A DNA stretch of 36,632 nt from positions 1 to 36,632 of IMG/VR virus record IMGVR_UViG_3300027754_000232, one strand, 5' to 3'. Below, piece by piece: positions 9,105 through 19,800 of the stretch. How positions within the stretch are numbered: position 1 is the stretch's first letter; the number at the start of each line of letters is the position of its first letter. Both the position numbers and the translations under genes were made by a program. A model generated the notes under the pieces. That model had not been told where the DNA came from and did not search any database. It saw nothing but the letters and a program-made list of their open reading frames with translations. Source of the DNA: a virus (Duplodnaviria > Caudoviricetes).

Positions 9105-9834
9105 CTCCCATCGTAATGGGAACTACCTCGGTTTCTCCATCTTCATGGATGTGGGTGAATACCATATCAACATCAGGTGATATGGATTTTATGTAATTTC
9201 TTAAAGCCTTACTATCTTTTGCTAACATACCATTAACAAATTTAGATATTGCTGATATATCGTTATTACCATCTACACTTTTAATCATGTGACGTAATCT
9301 AGTAGTAATTTCAAACGATGAATCTTTGTTTAATTTTTCCAAAGCATCTATATCTTTTTGAATTGCCAACTCATCACCATGTGTAAGTAATTTGAATGTT
9401 ATTTTCTTACCATTTGAAGGTAATGTAAATTCAAATTCATTTTTGTTGTTAAAAATAGATGTATCTACTTCCTTTGTTTGTACTTTTGATAAGTCAACAA
9501 CAGCATCAATTTGCTCACCTGTTTTTTGTGAGTAAAAACTAATTGGGTAATCTGCTCCGTATCCTAACAATCTAGTTGCAAGTACTATAGCGTTTTTGTC
9601 ACCAATTATAATATCATTTGGATTTACATTATCAACAATAATAGATTCAAATAGTTTATCTAATACTATTCCTTTTCTAATTAAATTTGTTGATGCAAGT
9701 ATATCTTCCTCTTTTGCGGTCATATACTTTATAGTAATTTGTCCAGATGAAAGAGGACTCTCTTTTGGATAAATCTTTCCTCCTGATGGTAAATCTAATA
9801 CCTCCGTTGGAAAATCATATGTTTTTTCTGTCAT
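9073..9834 (-). CDS. Tail assembly chaperone / T4 gp26-like hub assembly protein
   Basis: LPSGGKIYP...IKYMTAKEEDIL...GDKNAIVLATRLLGYG...FEFTLP...FFWP end; between tail tube and tape measure. Confidence 0.8.
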   Translation of the reverse strand: MTEKTYDFPTEVLDLPSGGKIYPKESPLSSGQITIKYMTAKEEDILASTNLIRKGIVLDKLFESIIVDNVNPNDIIIGDKNAIVLATRLLGYGADYPISFYSQKTGEQIDAVVDLSKVQTKEVDTSIFNNKNEFEFTLPSNGKKITFKLLTHGDELAIQKDIDALEKLNKDSSFEITTRLRHMIKSVDGNNDISAISKFVNGMLAKDSKALRNYIKSISPDVDMVFTHIHEDGETEVVPITMGVGFFWPSEKS

Positions 9835-9861
9835 AACTTTACTTTGTTTTAAGTTTGTATA

Positions 9862-9869
9862 TATAAATA
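9862..9869 (-). promoter_or_regulatory. TATTTATA motif, putative phage late promoter
   Basis: Downstream of the tube terminator, 27 nt before the chaperone ATG. Confidence 0.55.
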
Positions 9870-9896
9870 CATAGTTTTTAAAAAATTAGAAAGCAT

Positions 9897-9931
9897 AAAA
9901 AAGGGGATTCTTTTGAAATCCCCTTATTTTT
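9897..9931. terminator. Intrinsic terminator after tail tube gene (possibly bidirectional)
   Basis: AAGGGGATT (9901-9909)/AATCCCCTT (9917-9925) hairpin with A-run on the left and T-run on the right. Confidence 0.8.
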
Positions 9932-9943
9932 GTTATTTTTAGA

Positions 9944-10432
9944 TTAGTATTCAAGAATAGCGTAATCGTAAGATAATGTTAATTCAATTGTTGCAGGTTC
10001 GTTAGAATCAAATGATACATCACCAAAGTTTGCTTGCTGAATGAATGCACCTTTAATTTTCCACTGTTCAATTTTATCGCCAACTGGACCTAACATATAG
10101 AAATCCAAATCTTTCTTATAAAAATCTGCGTATCCACGTCTACCAGTGATTGATTCATGTCCCAATCTAATCCACTCCATTACTGATTGTGCAGCCGATG
10201 GTACAATTGGGTCATAAAGAGTAATTGTAATATCTTGCCACTCACCTTTACCTTGCAACTTTCTTTTAATGTTGATATGGTCTAAAGTGATTGTTTCAAA
10301 TTGAATTGAAGGTCTTGCTGCTGCTTTAACCATATATCCAGGTACACCATCCCACTCTAAGATGTATCTGTTTTTCATTTTTGGTTCGAAGTTCGTATAG
10401 AACATCTTATCAAACTCTAATATTTCTGCCAT
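9944..10432 (-). CDS. Tail tube protein (T4 gp19-like)
   Basis: 162 aa; GKGEWQDITITLYDP...EWIR...EQWKIKGAF...IELTLSYDYA; directly after the sheath gene. Confidence 0.9.
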   Translation of the reverse strand: MAEILEFDKMFYTNFEPKMKNRYILEWDGVPGYMVKAAARPSIQFETITLDHINIKRKLQGKGEWQDITITLYDPIVPSAAQSVMEWIRLGHESITGRRGYADFYKKDLDFYMLGPVGDKIEQWKIKGAFIQQANFGDVSFDSNEPATIELTLSYDYAILEY

Positions 10433-10483
10433 TTTATTCTTTTTATTTTATATTAATAAATATCCACTTTTTGTTTTTCTATA

Positions 10484-12808
10484 TTATGCTGAGAAACTTG
10501 CTCCAGTTGGTAAGATGTTGAAATCTATTACGATAAATTCCGCCGTCTTAGCCGGTTGTAAGAAAATTTGTCCTGCTAATATATTTCTATCAATTACATC
10601 AGGTGTGTTATTACTTTCATCCATTACAACTCTGAAAGCGTATAAACCTTGTCTTTGTTGAACTGCCTCTAAGTAAGGGTTCACAGTGTTTAAGAATCTA
10701 TTACGAGTTGTAGATGTATTTTGTTCAAACACTAAATAACGAGATGTAGATGCTACAAACTTCTTAAGAACAATAAGTAATCTTCTAACATTGATTCTAT
10801 CTAAAGCTGATGCCTTATCTTGCAATGTTTTCTGTCCAAATGCTACAATACCTTGTCCAGGGAATGCTGCGATTGGGTTTACTTTGTTCTCATATAGAGT
10901 ATCTCTTTCAGAATGTGTTAATCTATTTAAAACACTAACTGCTCCAGTGATACCACCTCTATTCAAACCAGCAGGTGCGAACCATTCTGCTGCTAATCTA
11001 TCGTTAGCTGCGAAAACAGCGGGCATTAATACTGATGGTGGAACACTCATCAATTTGTTTGTGTTTGTATCTATTGTCTTAACCCAAGGATAGTAAGTTG
11101 CTACATAGTTAGAATCAACTGCGTTTGCTTGGTCAGTTGCTTCAGTTATCGTATCATCAAAATCATTGAAGTCAGCTATATAAAATGCATCTTGTCTACT
11201 TTCAACCATATCAATTGCTTTTGTTACAATTGCAGGGTGTAAACTTCTTACAATACCCGGTGTTACTACCATATTGATATCCCACTCATCAGGGTTAGAT
11301 ACTGCGTTGATTGCTTTAGTATATGCTACTGAACCAGATGATGTTGAAGTTGCGCAATTAAATCCTTGCGTATTTGCATTACCCCAATCAGTATCACCAG
11401 CTTTAGCTTTAGTTACAGTTGGATTCATACCATCAAAACCTTCTTGGAATGCTAATACAAATTGTCTTTTAACCATATCAGTTGATGCCGAACCGGTCAT
11501 TACATATGATAATTGTGAATCAAATGCAAATGTTGTATTTGAACCCGTTTGAGCTCCAGTTGGTATTGCTTTTAGATATTGTTTGTTATCCATACTAACA
11601 CCAGTTGTTTCAAAATCAAATCCACTAAAATAAATTGGGGATGATGATGAGTTACCAGTAGAATTAGTTTGATATGTTACTGCAGGTATTAAAAGTGATT
11701 CTGCATTATTCGTTGCTGTAATTGGATTTGTATATGCTCCATGTCCAAATGGTGCTGCTGATATTGGGAATGAACCTGCTGCTGATACAACTACTCTTAC
11801 ATATTTTGATTTGTTTGAGTAATCACCATTTTCAGTTATTTTACCATCAGAATCAATTGTATTATATCTATCACCAATTCTTCTAGCTATATAGTTAGGA
11901 GATGCTGCATCTAAGTTTACATTATTAAATGTTTCTATTACACTCTTTCTCTTATCAGTATCACTATATGAACGAATTGTTACAGTAAAAGTTGAATAAT
12001 CAGTTGCTCCATCTTCACCAGCTGCTTTTACATTAGAAATACCAACTTTGTATTTTGTGTTATAAACATCACCATGTCCTAAAGTTACAAAATTAAATAA
12101 ATCGTATCTTTCACCACTAATCAATTGAGATTTAACTATTGGTGTTTCTGCTGCAGTTGTATTATATGCAAAGTCCTGAGTTGGTAATACCACTCTAGTT
12201 ATTACAATATTATTCCCAGCAGAACCAGTATAGTATCCCGCCACACTTTCAAAGTATGAATATGCATATGCTGATTTAGCTCCAAATGGAGATTCACCAA
12301 ATACATCTGCTAAATCGTTTGTTGCTGATGGTAATATTGATGCCGATACATTTACCCCAGCAGTTAATGAGTTGATTACAAATGAACCATCTGCATTAGA
12401 ATCACTAACTACACTTGCTCCAGTAAAACCAACTTTTTCATCTCCTACTTTAGTTGAGTGTAATACACCAATTAATTTAGTACCTACTGATTGAGTAGAT
12501 GAACCAGAAGCAAATATTGCTAAAGGAGCTATTTGTTGGTAACCACCAACACCACCTACTCTTACCACAGTTACTTGACCTGCTTCTCTTAAATAGTTTT
12601 GTACTGCGTACTCACTATAATAAGTTCCATCAGGAGTACCAAAGGTATCTTCAAATTCTGATTGTGTTCTTATAATTGTTGGAATAAATGCAGGTCCTTG
12701 CTTAAAAGGTCCTATAATTGCTGCTCCAATTTCTCCAATTCCTTGTGTTAAAAAGGATAAATCATTTTCTCTTGTGAAAACGCCGGGTGATACGATTCTT
12801 TCTGACAT
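10484..12808 (-). CDS. Contractile tail sheath protein (T4 gp18-like)
   Basis: N-terminal SPGVFTRENDL...GPFKQGP; C-terminal YYPWV, WFAPAGLNRG, RDTLYENKVNPI, FGQKTL, DRINVRRL, NNTPDVIDRN, PAKTAEFI. Confidence 0.97.
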   Translation of the reverse strand: MSERIVSPGVFTRENDLSFLTQGIGEIGAAIIGPFKQGPAFIPTIIRTQSEFEDTFGTPDGTYYSEYAVQNYLREAGQVTVVRVGGVGGYQQIAPLAIFASGSSTQSVGTKLIGVLHSTKVGDEKVGFTGASVVSDSNADGSFVINSLTAGVNVSASILPSATNDLADVFGESPFGAKSAYAYSYFESVAGYYTGSAGNNIVITRVVLPTQDFAYNTTAAETPIVKSQLISGERYDLFNFVTLGHGDVYNTKYKVGISNVKAAGEDGATDYSTFTVTIRSYSDTDKRKSVIETFNNVNLDAASPNYIARRIGDRYNTIDSDGKITENGDYSNKSKYVRVVVSAAGSFPISAAPFGHGAYTNPITATNNAESLLIPAVTYQTNSTGNSSSSPIYFSGFDFETTGVSMDNKQYLKAIPTGAQTGSNTTFAFDSQLSYVMTGSASTDMVKRQFVLAFQEGFDGMNPTVTKAKAGDTDWGNANTQGFNCATSTSSGSVAYTKAINAVSNPDEWDINMVVTPGIVRSLHPAIVTKAIDMVESRQDAFYIADFNDFDDTITEATDQANAVDSNYVATYYPWVKTIDTNTNKLMSVPPSVLMPAVFAANDRLAAEWFAPAGLNRGGITGAVSVLNRLTHSERDTLYENKVNPIAAFPGQGIVAFGQKTLQDKASALDRINVRRLLIVLKKFVASTSRYLVFEQNTSTTRNRFLNTVNPYLEAVQQRQGLYAFRVVMDESNNTPDVIDRNILAGQIFLQPAKTAEFIVIDFNILPTGASFSA

Positions 12809-12866
12809 TTTGTTTCTTCTATTTGTGTTTTAATTGCGTATTAGTAATTACTTACATTAATACTCA

Positions 12867-12874
12867 TATAAATA
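12867..12874 (-). promoter_or_regulatory. TATTTATA motif, putative late promoter of sheath
   Basis: Immediately after the 22-bp hairpin, 58 nt before the sheath ATG. Confidence 0.55.
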
Positions 12875-12875
12875 T

Positions 12876-12928
12876 AAAGAAAATGTCCAAAACACAAATT
12901 TATTATTAAATCTGCACTTTGAACATTT
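12876..12928 (-). terminator. 22-bp RNA hairpin (terminator or processing site) upstream of the sheath gene
   Basis: Arms 12881-12902 and 12907-12928; the five DNA mismatches are all G.U pairs in the minus-strand RNA; followed by TCTTT. Confidence 0.7.
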
Positions 12929-12947
12929 ATAATTTTGTTTTAGTTAA

Positions 12948-13352
12948 TTAATAACCCGGAACAGAACCAGACGTTGTTGGATATGAAGTACTTCCAGATG
13001 TTGGAGACCAAGGTAAATCCATAGTAGTCACTTCAATTCTAGCGTATTTCTTATGGTCTATTTCTTTTTGAATTTGTCCGTTTATATGACCCATATAATT
13101 AGTTTCAGTAGAACCACTAACTACATTTTTAACCCATCCTAATACTAAATTTTCAGTAAGGTCTTGGTAATCAACAAACCCATCACCATTAAGGTCTTGA
13201 GGTTTGAACGGTGTTGCACCATTAAAAACTCCGAAATTACCATCAGTATCAGTACCAGTTAATTTCCAATTAGTACCAACAACAATATTTTCAAAATTTT
13301 CACTGTTTTGTTTTTTTAATCCTACTAATTCCCATTTATATGTTAATCCCAT
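12948..13352 (-). CDS. Small tail-fibre-associated protein
   Basis: 134 aa; TYKWELVGLKK...FVDYQDLTENLVLGWVK...LPW pattern recalled from proteins next to phage fibres. Confidence 0.65.
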   Translation of the reverse strand: MGLTYKWELVGLKKQNSENFENIVVGTNWKLTGTDTDGNFGVFNGATPFKPQDLNGDGFVDYQDLTENLVLGWVKNVVSGSTETNYMGHINGQIQKEIDHKKYARIEVTTMDLPWSPTSGSTSYPTTSGSVPGY

Positions 13353-13372
13353 AATATTTGTTTTTTATATTG

Positions 13373-13380
13373 TATAAATA
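13373..13380 (-). promoter_or_regulatory. TATTTATA motif, putative late promoter
   Basis: 20 nt before the ATG at 13352. Confidence 0.5.
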
Positions 13381-13395
13381 TATCTATTTTATTTT

Positions 13396-13827
13396 TTAAA
13401 CTTCCAATGAACCACTATAATAATCAGTAGTTAATAAATGTCTATATGTTTGTGCCATATGGTCTAATTCAGATGGTACTTCCAAAAGAAATATACATCT
13501 ATGGTCCATACCAGCAGTACCAATACTTGCTCCATATTTATTATCAGCTGGATTTTTTCCTATAAATCCAATTGGTTTTGAACCCAATTCTCTAGAAGAT
13601 TTATCTTTCCAAATAGTTACACCAATTTCAGCAGTATATCCAGATTTCCAATAAACTGCTGTTTCTGGGGAATTTGCTCCAAATGTAATTCCATTAGGTC
13701 TTGTTGGGTCTGGAGGTGCGGGCGTATCCTGCATTCTTTTTTCTACCTTTATATCAGTAACAACGTGATATGCGTTTTCAATAACAACACCAGTTCCTGG
13801 TATTTCGTAATCTTTTAAAAGTGCCAT
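13396..13827 (-). CDS. Small tail-fibre-associated hypothetical protein
   Basis: 143 aa, starts 3 nt after the fibre stop; MALLKDYEIPGTGVVIENAYHVV. Confidence 0.65.
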   Translation of the reverse strand: MALLKDYEIPGTGVVIENAYHVVTDIKVEKRMQDTPAPPDPTRPNGITFGANSPETAVYWKSGYTAEIGVTIWKDKSSRELGSKPIGFIGKNPADNKYGASIGTAGMDHRCIFLLEVPSELDHMAQTYRHLLTTDYYSGSLEV

Positions 13828-13830
13828 AAT

Positions 13831-16800
13831 TTATTCTTTATTATTAAATATTAATTTATTTAAAATTTCTTTCAATTCTTTAATTTCTTCTGATTGCTTT
13901 TTTATTATTTCATTTTGTTCTTTAAATCCTTCAATAAATAATCCTGCAAAACTTCCGTAAGAAATACCAAATTCATCATTTACATCATCATAGGTAACAA
14001 CTTCTGGAAATATATCCACAGTTTCCTGAGCTATTAATCCTGTTTGTCTTTTTTCTGCCATTTCAGTTGTAATGTTTGCAGCTTCATCCATTATTCTATT
14101 GTAATAAACACCTCTCAATTTAAGAATTTTTTCTAATGCAGATTCAATTGTTACAATATTAGTTTTCTTTCTAGCATCAGAATAAGCTACTATATTACCT
14201 GTTGAATATATACCACCAGATACATACATACCATATGAAGGTGATGTTGAAGAAGTATTTACACCCGTACAGTTATATGGAAAATAGTGATAGAACATCC
14301 ATCTACCAGATTGATAATAACAACCACCATTACCACCAGTATCAAACATACCGGTAACAGGAGTATTACCTACGTCTTGTAAAATACCTGTGTATGAGTT
14401 TTTATATCCATCCATTCTCCAAGTTCCATATGTGGAGTTATTTGGATACCAATGTGCACTATTTGTGCCTGTGTAGAATCCAACATCTGCCACATACATC
14501 CACTTATACTTAAATGAATAATTTGATGAACCTGCTAATTGAATACACAAATCACTCATATCGTAATCGGAATAAACTCTTGTTCCTTCATAAGAACCAG
14601 CGTTTGCTCCTAATTTAATACCAGTATGATATGCAATTCTTAAATCCGGATACGGATAACTCCATCCACCACCTTCTTGGAATATATTATATGCATTTGT
14701 ACCTTGCCCAGAGTTACCACCCGTTCCAATAAAATCTATACGAGCTACTCTTACATAGTTGTTGAATTCACCACTACTCATTTGAGAATATCCAGTTGGG
14801 TCAGTATAATATGCTGTATTATTACTATCGTAAAATATTGGTGCTCTTAATGAGTTACCTCCAGTTAAATAATCGTTAGCATAAACCGTACCACCAGTAT
14901 ACCACTCCATTACTCTCCAGTTAGAACCACTACTATTCATAGTGTTTAAGTAAAGATTTCCTGCTGTACTAAATCTGAAGTATGATGACCCAAATGATGT
15001 GTTTGGTCTACTAAAGTAATAAGGTCCAGAACCATCATGGTATGTGTTATCCACATTAAATCCAAATCCTCCCCAATCCCAAGTGTTACCAGGTTCAGAA
15101 ACCCACATTTGCAATTGACATAATCCAGTACCAGCTCCGTTGTTTCCAGGTAATAATCTAAGTCTAGAAGTAGTATTACCATGAGCTCCACTCATTCTCA
15201 ATCCACCATATATTTCGGTAAATCCGTTAGGGTCTATATAATATCCAGTATTATTGGTATCATAGAATATTGGTGCTCTAAAACTTTCTGTGTTTTCCGT
15301 ATATCTTTCAATTACATGTCTAGTAAACCAAGAACCACCACCGCCAGGAGTTTCTCTTAAGTAAACAGTAGTACCTTGAGGTTTATACCACTCACAAGAA
15401 CCACTACCCCATTGATGAATACGGAACATAGCAGGTTCAGTAGAGAAGTTACCAGAAGTTGATACCTCTAACGAACGGAACGAACCATGTGGTTTGCCCC
15501 ATCCTTGTCCATAAGGGTCATGCGTCCACCAACCACTATTATCAGTATATATACCATTTGTATCACCACGTACTTTGTAACCTAAAAATTCGTTAGTTCT
15601 ACTACTACCATTAGGGTCTACAAAAAATCCAGTATTATTACTATCATAGAATATTGGTCCTCTAACAGAACCGGCCATTTCTAAATAGCTACTTTGTACA
15701 AAACCATTTTGCACATTACCGATACGGAATTCAATAAATGATTCAGCTCCTATACAAAAATATGGATTATTATAAACACCAGGTCTTCCCCATGCTGCCC
15801 CAACTCTTACATTAGAACTAACACCTTCAGCGTTTAAGACGTGAATACCAGAAGTATCTCCGGTAAAAGTTACACCAGCCCCATTCAAATTTAAATTAAA
15901 TGTAGCGTTAGGGTCTAACCAATATGCGGTGTTATTTTGGTCGTAAAATATTGGTGCTCTTGAACTACCATTTGAATATGAGTTACCACTTCTATCAACA
16001 TAGAAGTCAGTAGTACCCCAAGAACCATTTCTATGTCCGTGGTCATGATTAATTCTGAAATATGATGAGTCTGCGTATCCATATCCACAAGACCAAGTAT
16101 TACTATCATATCCATTAGAGAATAAAATAGAAGGTCTATCAGTACCGCCATTTGCTTCAATACGGAATTCTCCAGTTATACCCCAAGAGTGGTTACCATA
16201 ACTATTTGTTACCAACATAGTACTATTATTACCAGGTGCTGAACCTGTTTTTGTAATAGTTACAACTTGTCCATTTGATTGTCCGAAGTTACTGAATCCA
16301 TCCGGATTTACATAATATGCAGTATTATTTCTATCATAGAAAATTGGTGCTCTAGCACTTGTATTAAATTCTACATATGAACCATCTTGATTTGGATAGT
16401 TTCTTTGTGACCAATCCCAGCTACTTCCATTAACAGCACCTCTACCACCATACAAATACCATGCCCCATCGGTAGCTATGTGTTGTAACATATATCCTAA
16501 GTTACCATTAGTTGATGTTTGATATATAGAAGCGTAAGTACCAGTAATAACAAGTTGTGCATGAGATGAACCAAATGGATTACTACCCCAATTTCCATTA
16601 ACATTAAGGTATTGTAAATTAGTACCATCAAGTCCATCAAAATAGTATCCAGTATTAGATATATCATAATATCTTGGTGCCAAAACACCATAGTCTGCTC
16701 TTAGATAATTATCACTCTTACCAAATGAACCAATTTCAGTTCCTGTAAATGGTGAGTTATTAAAAAATCTAGTTCCACCATATTGAGATGCTGCGCCAAT

Positions 16801-19800
16801 ATCAACACCAGTATGCCATGCTAATTGTAAGTGATTACCAGAATAATATCCATTGTTATAGTTTCTAACATGAATCATATAATATGGTTGCGAATCACTT
16901 CTCTGTCCCCAAGTAATACCACTATCTGTTGATGCTTGTGATGGGTCAGTTGTGGAATTTGAAAGATTTATATGTCTTGTCGTACCACTACCACTACCTG
17001 TTCTAGCTATAAATGTACCACCACTATCATACCAATAATCTTGATAAACTGCTGGAGTTCGTAAACTTGATTTTACCCATACTATACCATCATTTCTTAC
17101 TTCAAATGCTGCTCCTCCAGTACCAACACCACTTATAGCAAATCCTTCAGTTGCTCCACCACCAGTCCAAATAATATTTTTTAATGCCGCTCCTAAATTT
17201 GTTGTACTTGTTGTTGTTCTAAATCTAGCTCCCCATACATCCGGTTCACTATTAACAGAAATCAATGCGTTATTGGGAATATTTAAAGTAGATGTTAATG
17301 TTAATATACTAAATCTAGAAGTACTTGCAGGGTCAGCTAAGTAAGTACCATCATTATTATCAATAAATTGAGTTGCGTAAATAGCTCCCAATACAGTTGT
17401 ATTTGCAGCTAATGTGTTATCAATTTCTTCAATTTTAAATCCTGCTATTTCAGCCTGTCCACTATATCCACTATATAGATAATTGTGTAACCAACCTAAT
17501 TGCATGAATTTTGCATATCCATACCAAGTATACCCAGCACCAGATCCAGCTGGTCCAATTGTCATTGTATATTCCGTCCAAGACGCAGGTGGAACGCCAT
17601 TCCAATAATAAGGTTGTCCCCAGCCACCATTATCAGGCTGTCCGTAATTGTAAGTTGCTTGCGTAAATGAAAGATAACAATATGGATTACCAGACGTTGC
17701 TCTAATCCAAGCTGAAACTTTGTAAGTTTTAGTTGGGTCAATTGCTACCCATCCAGATTGTCTATGTCCACTCCACGCACCACTACCAGCAAATGCAACA
17801 TCACCAATAGGTGCATCACTTAATCCACTTCTATATGTTGTATCGGGCCAAATAAATCCACCATCTGCTCCACTCCAGTTTCTAGTAAAATATTTACCAT
17901 CCGGAACAAACATACCAAATAAAGATGAACCATTATTAGTCCTAGTTGAAATATTACCTCCAGTTTTTACAACAGATAATATTGATGTACTATTAGGGTC
18001 TAAATAATATGAATTATCACTATAATCATAATATCTCTGTGCGTACATATAACGATATGCTGTCATATCACCATTTGCCATATCCATTCTTAACATTACA
18101 GTATTCGTACCACCACCAACATTATTTTCAATACCAGATGTTTGTGCTCTAGTAAAATCAATTGCGTTTATTGGATTGTTATGCCAAATACCCCAAGGTG
18201 TAGATTCTTCTTTATAAATCCAAGGAGAGGCCTCACCACCACTACCAGGATTTCTAGAACGAAGGAATACAGGATATGTAGTTGAGTTAGTTGGTGTCAT
18301 TGTAATACCTTCTGCAGAAGCACCACCATTCATAATAATATTTGAACCATTATTAGCAATAGTAACACTACTAGCAAAATACCCAGCACCACTTTCGTTT
18401 ACTGAAAATAATTCGTTTGTTGATTTTACTGCGTTATTACCTACTATGAATTTTCTATCAGTTTCATTATTATTAGAATCAATGCTAACAACAACATTCC
18501 CAGCACCAGCCATATATAATGGGTTACCAGATGCATTATTTTGTAAAAGAACTACATCATATGTGTTATCTCTATATAAACCTGCCCCAGTATCAGATAG
18601 ATAAAGTGCACCCCCATTAGCTCCCGTATTTACATATATTGGGCCTGATGACCTAAATGAGTTATCTGTTTGGTTAAATTGCCATTGAGAACCTGCAGCT
18701 GTTGCCGTTCCCATATGAATACCAATTGTATCTAAATTACTATATGCACCTGCTGTACCTTGGAAATAACTTATACCATATGCATCAGCGTTACCAAATC
18801 TCCAAATTGGATTTCTGACATTACTAGCATATGTTGTACTATAAAATCCAGATGTACCAGCCGCATATACTCCAGTTGTTGATATTATTTGATTAAACGT
18901 TACATTATCTGATGTTCTAACATTTTGATTCATTAAATAAACCTCAGTTGCTCCTATACCAGTATCTATTGTACCAGTTATTACGATATTACCACTACCA
19001 CCAATATTACCAGCTACATAAGTATCTGCATCATGATACCATCTCAATCCACTCTCATTCCAATAAAATTGTCTTGTAGCTTGAGTTCCTCTTTTAACTT
19101 CTATGCCAGCATTTTCAGTTGGTGTAGTTGCTGCCGTTATATCTGCATTTAATGTGATGATATTATCACCTACATTTAAAGTTGTTGTATTAATATATGT
19201 TGTTGTACCACTTACAGTAAGGTCACCACTAATTGTAGCGTTACCGGTTACTGCCAATGTAGTACCATCAAAAGTTAAGTTTGCATTTACATTTGCATTT
19301 GGTGCTCCACTTGCTGCTAATGTAATTACACCATTTGTAGTTGTGCCTGTCAATGATAATAATCCAGAAGAACCTGATGTACCACGTGTACCTGATGTGC
19401 CACTTGTACCACTACTTCCTGATGTGCCAGAAGAACCTGCCGTTCCACCACTACCACTTGTGCCAGAAGTTCCTGATGAGCCGCTTGTACCAGAAGTTCC
19501 TGATGAGCCATGTGTACCTGATGTGCCACTTGTACCACTACTTCCTGATGTGCCAGAAGAACCTGCCGTTCCACCACTACCACTTGTGCCAGAAGTTCCT
19601 GATGAACCGCTTGTACCAGAAGTTCCTGATGAGCCACTTGCTCCAGAAGTTCCTGATGAGCCACTTGTGCCACCACTACCAGAAGTTCCCGATGTTCCAC
19701 TACTACCGCTCGTGCCAGATGTGCCACCACTTCCACTCGTGCCACTACTTCCACTCGTACCACTACTTCCAGCTGAACCGCTTACTCCGGATGTACCACT

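Noticed and set aside
1019-12808. Bacterial eCIS/tailocin locus
   Set aside because: No host genes; giant phage-type fibres, T4-like chaperones and a divergent tmRNA fit a phage better, although capsid genes are outside the window so this is not proven.
13831-18045. Diversity-generating retroelement or invertase shufflon acting on the fibre
   Set aside because: No reverse transcriptase, recombinase, adenine-specific TR/VR pair or inverted cassettes seen in this window.
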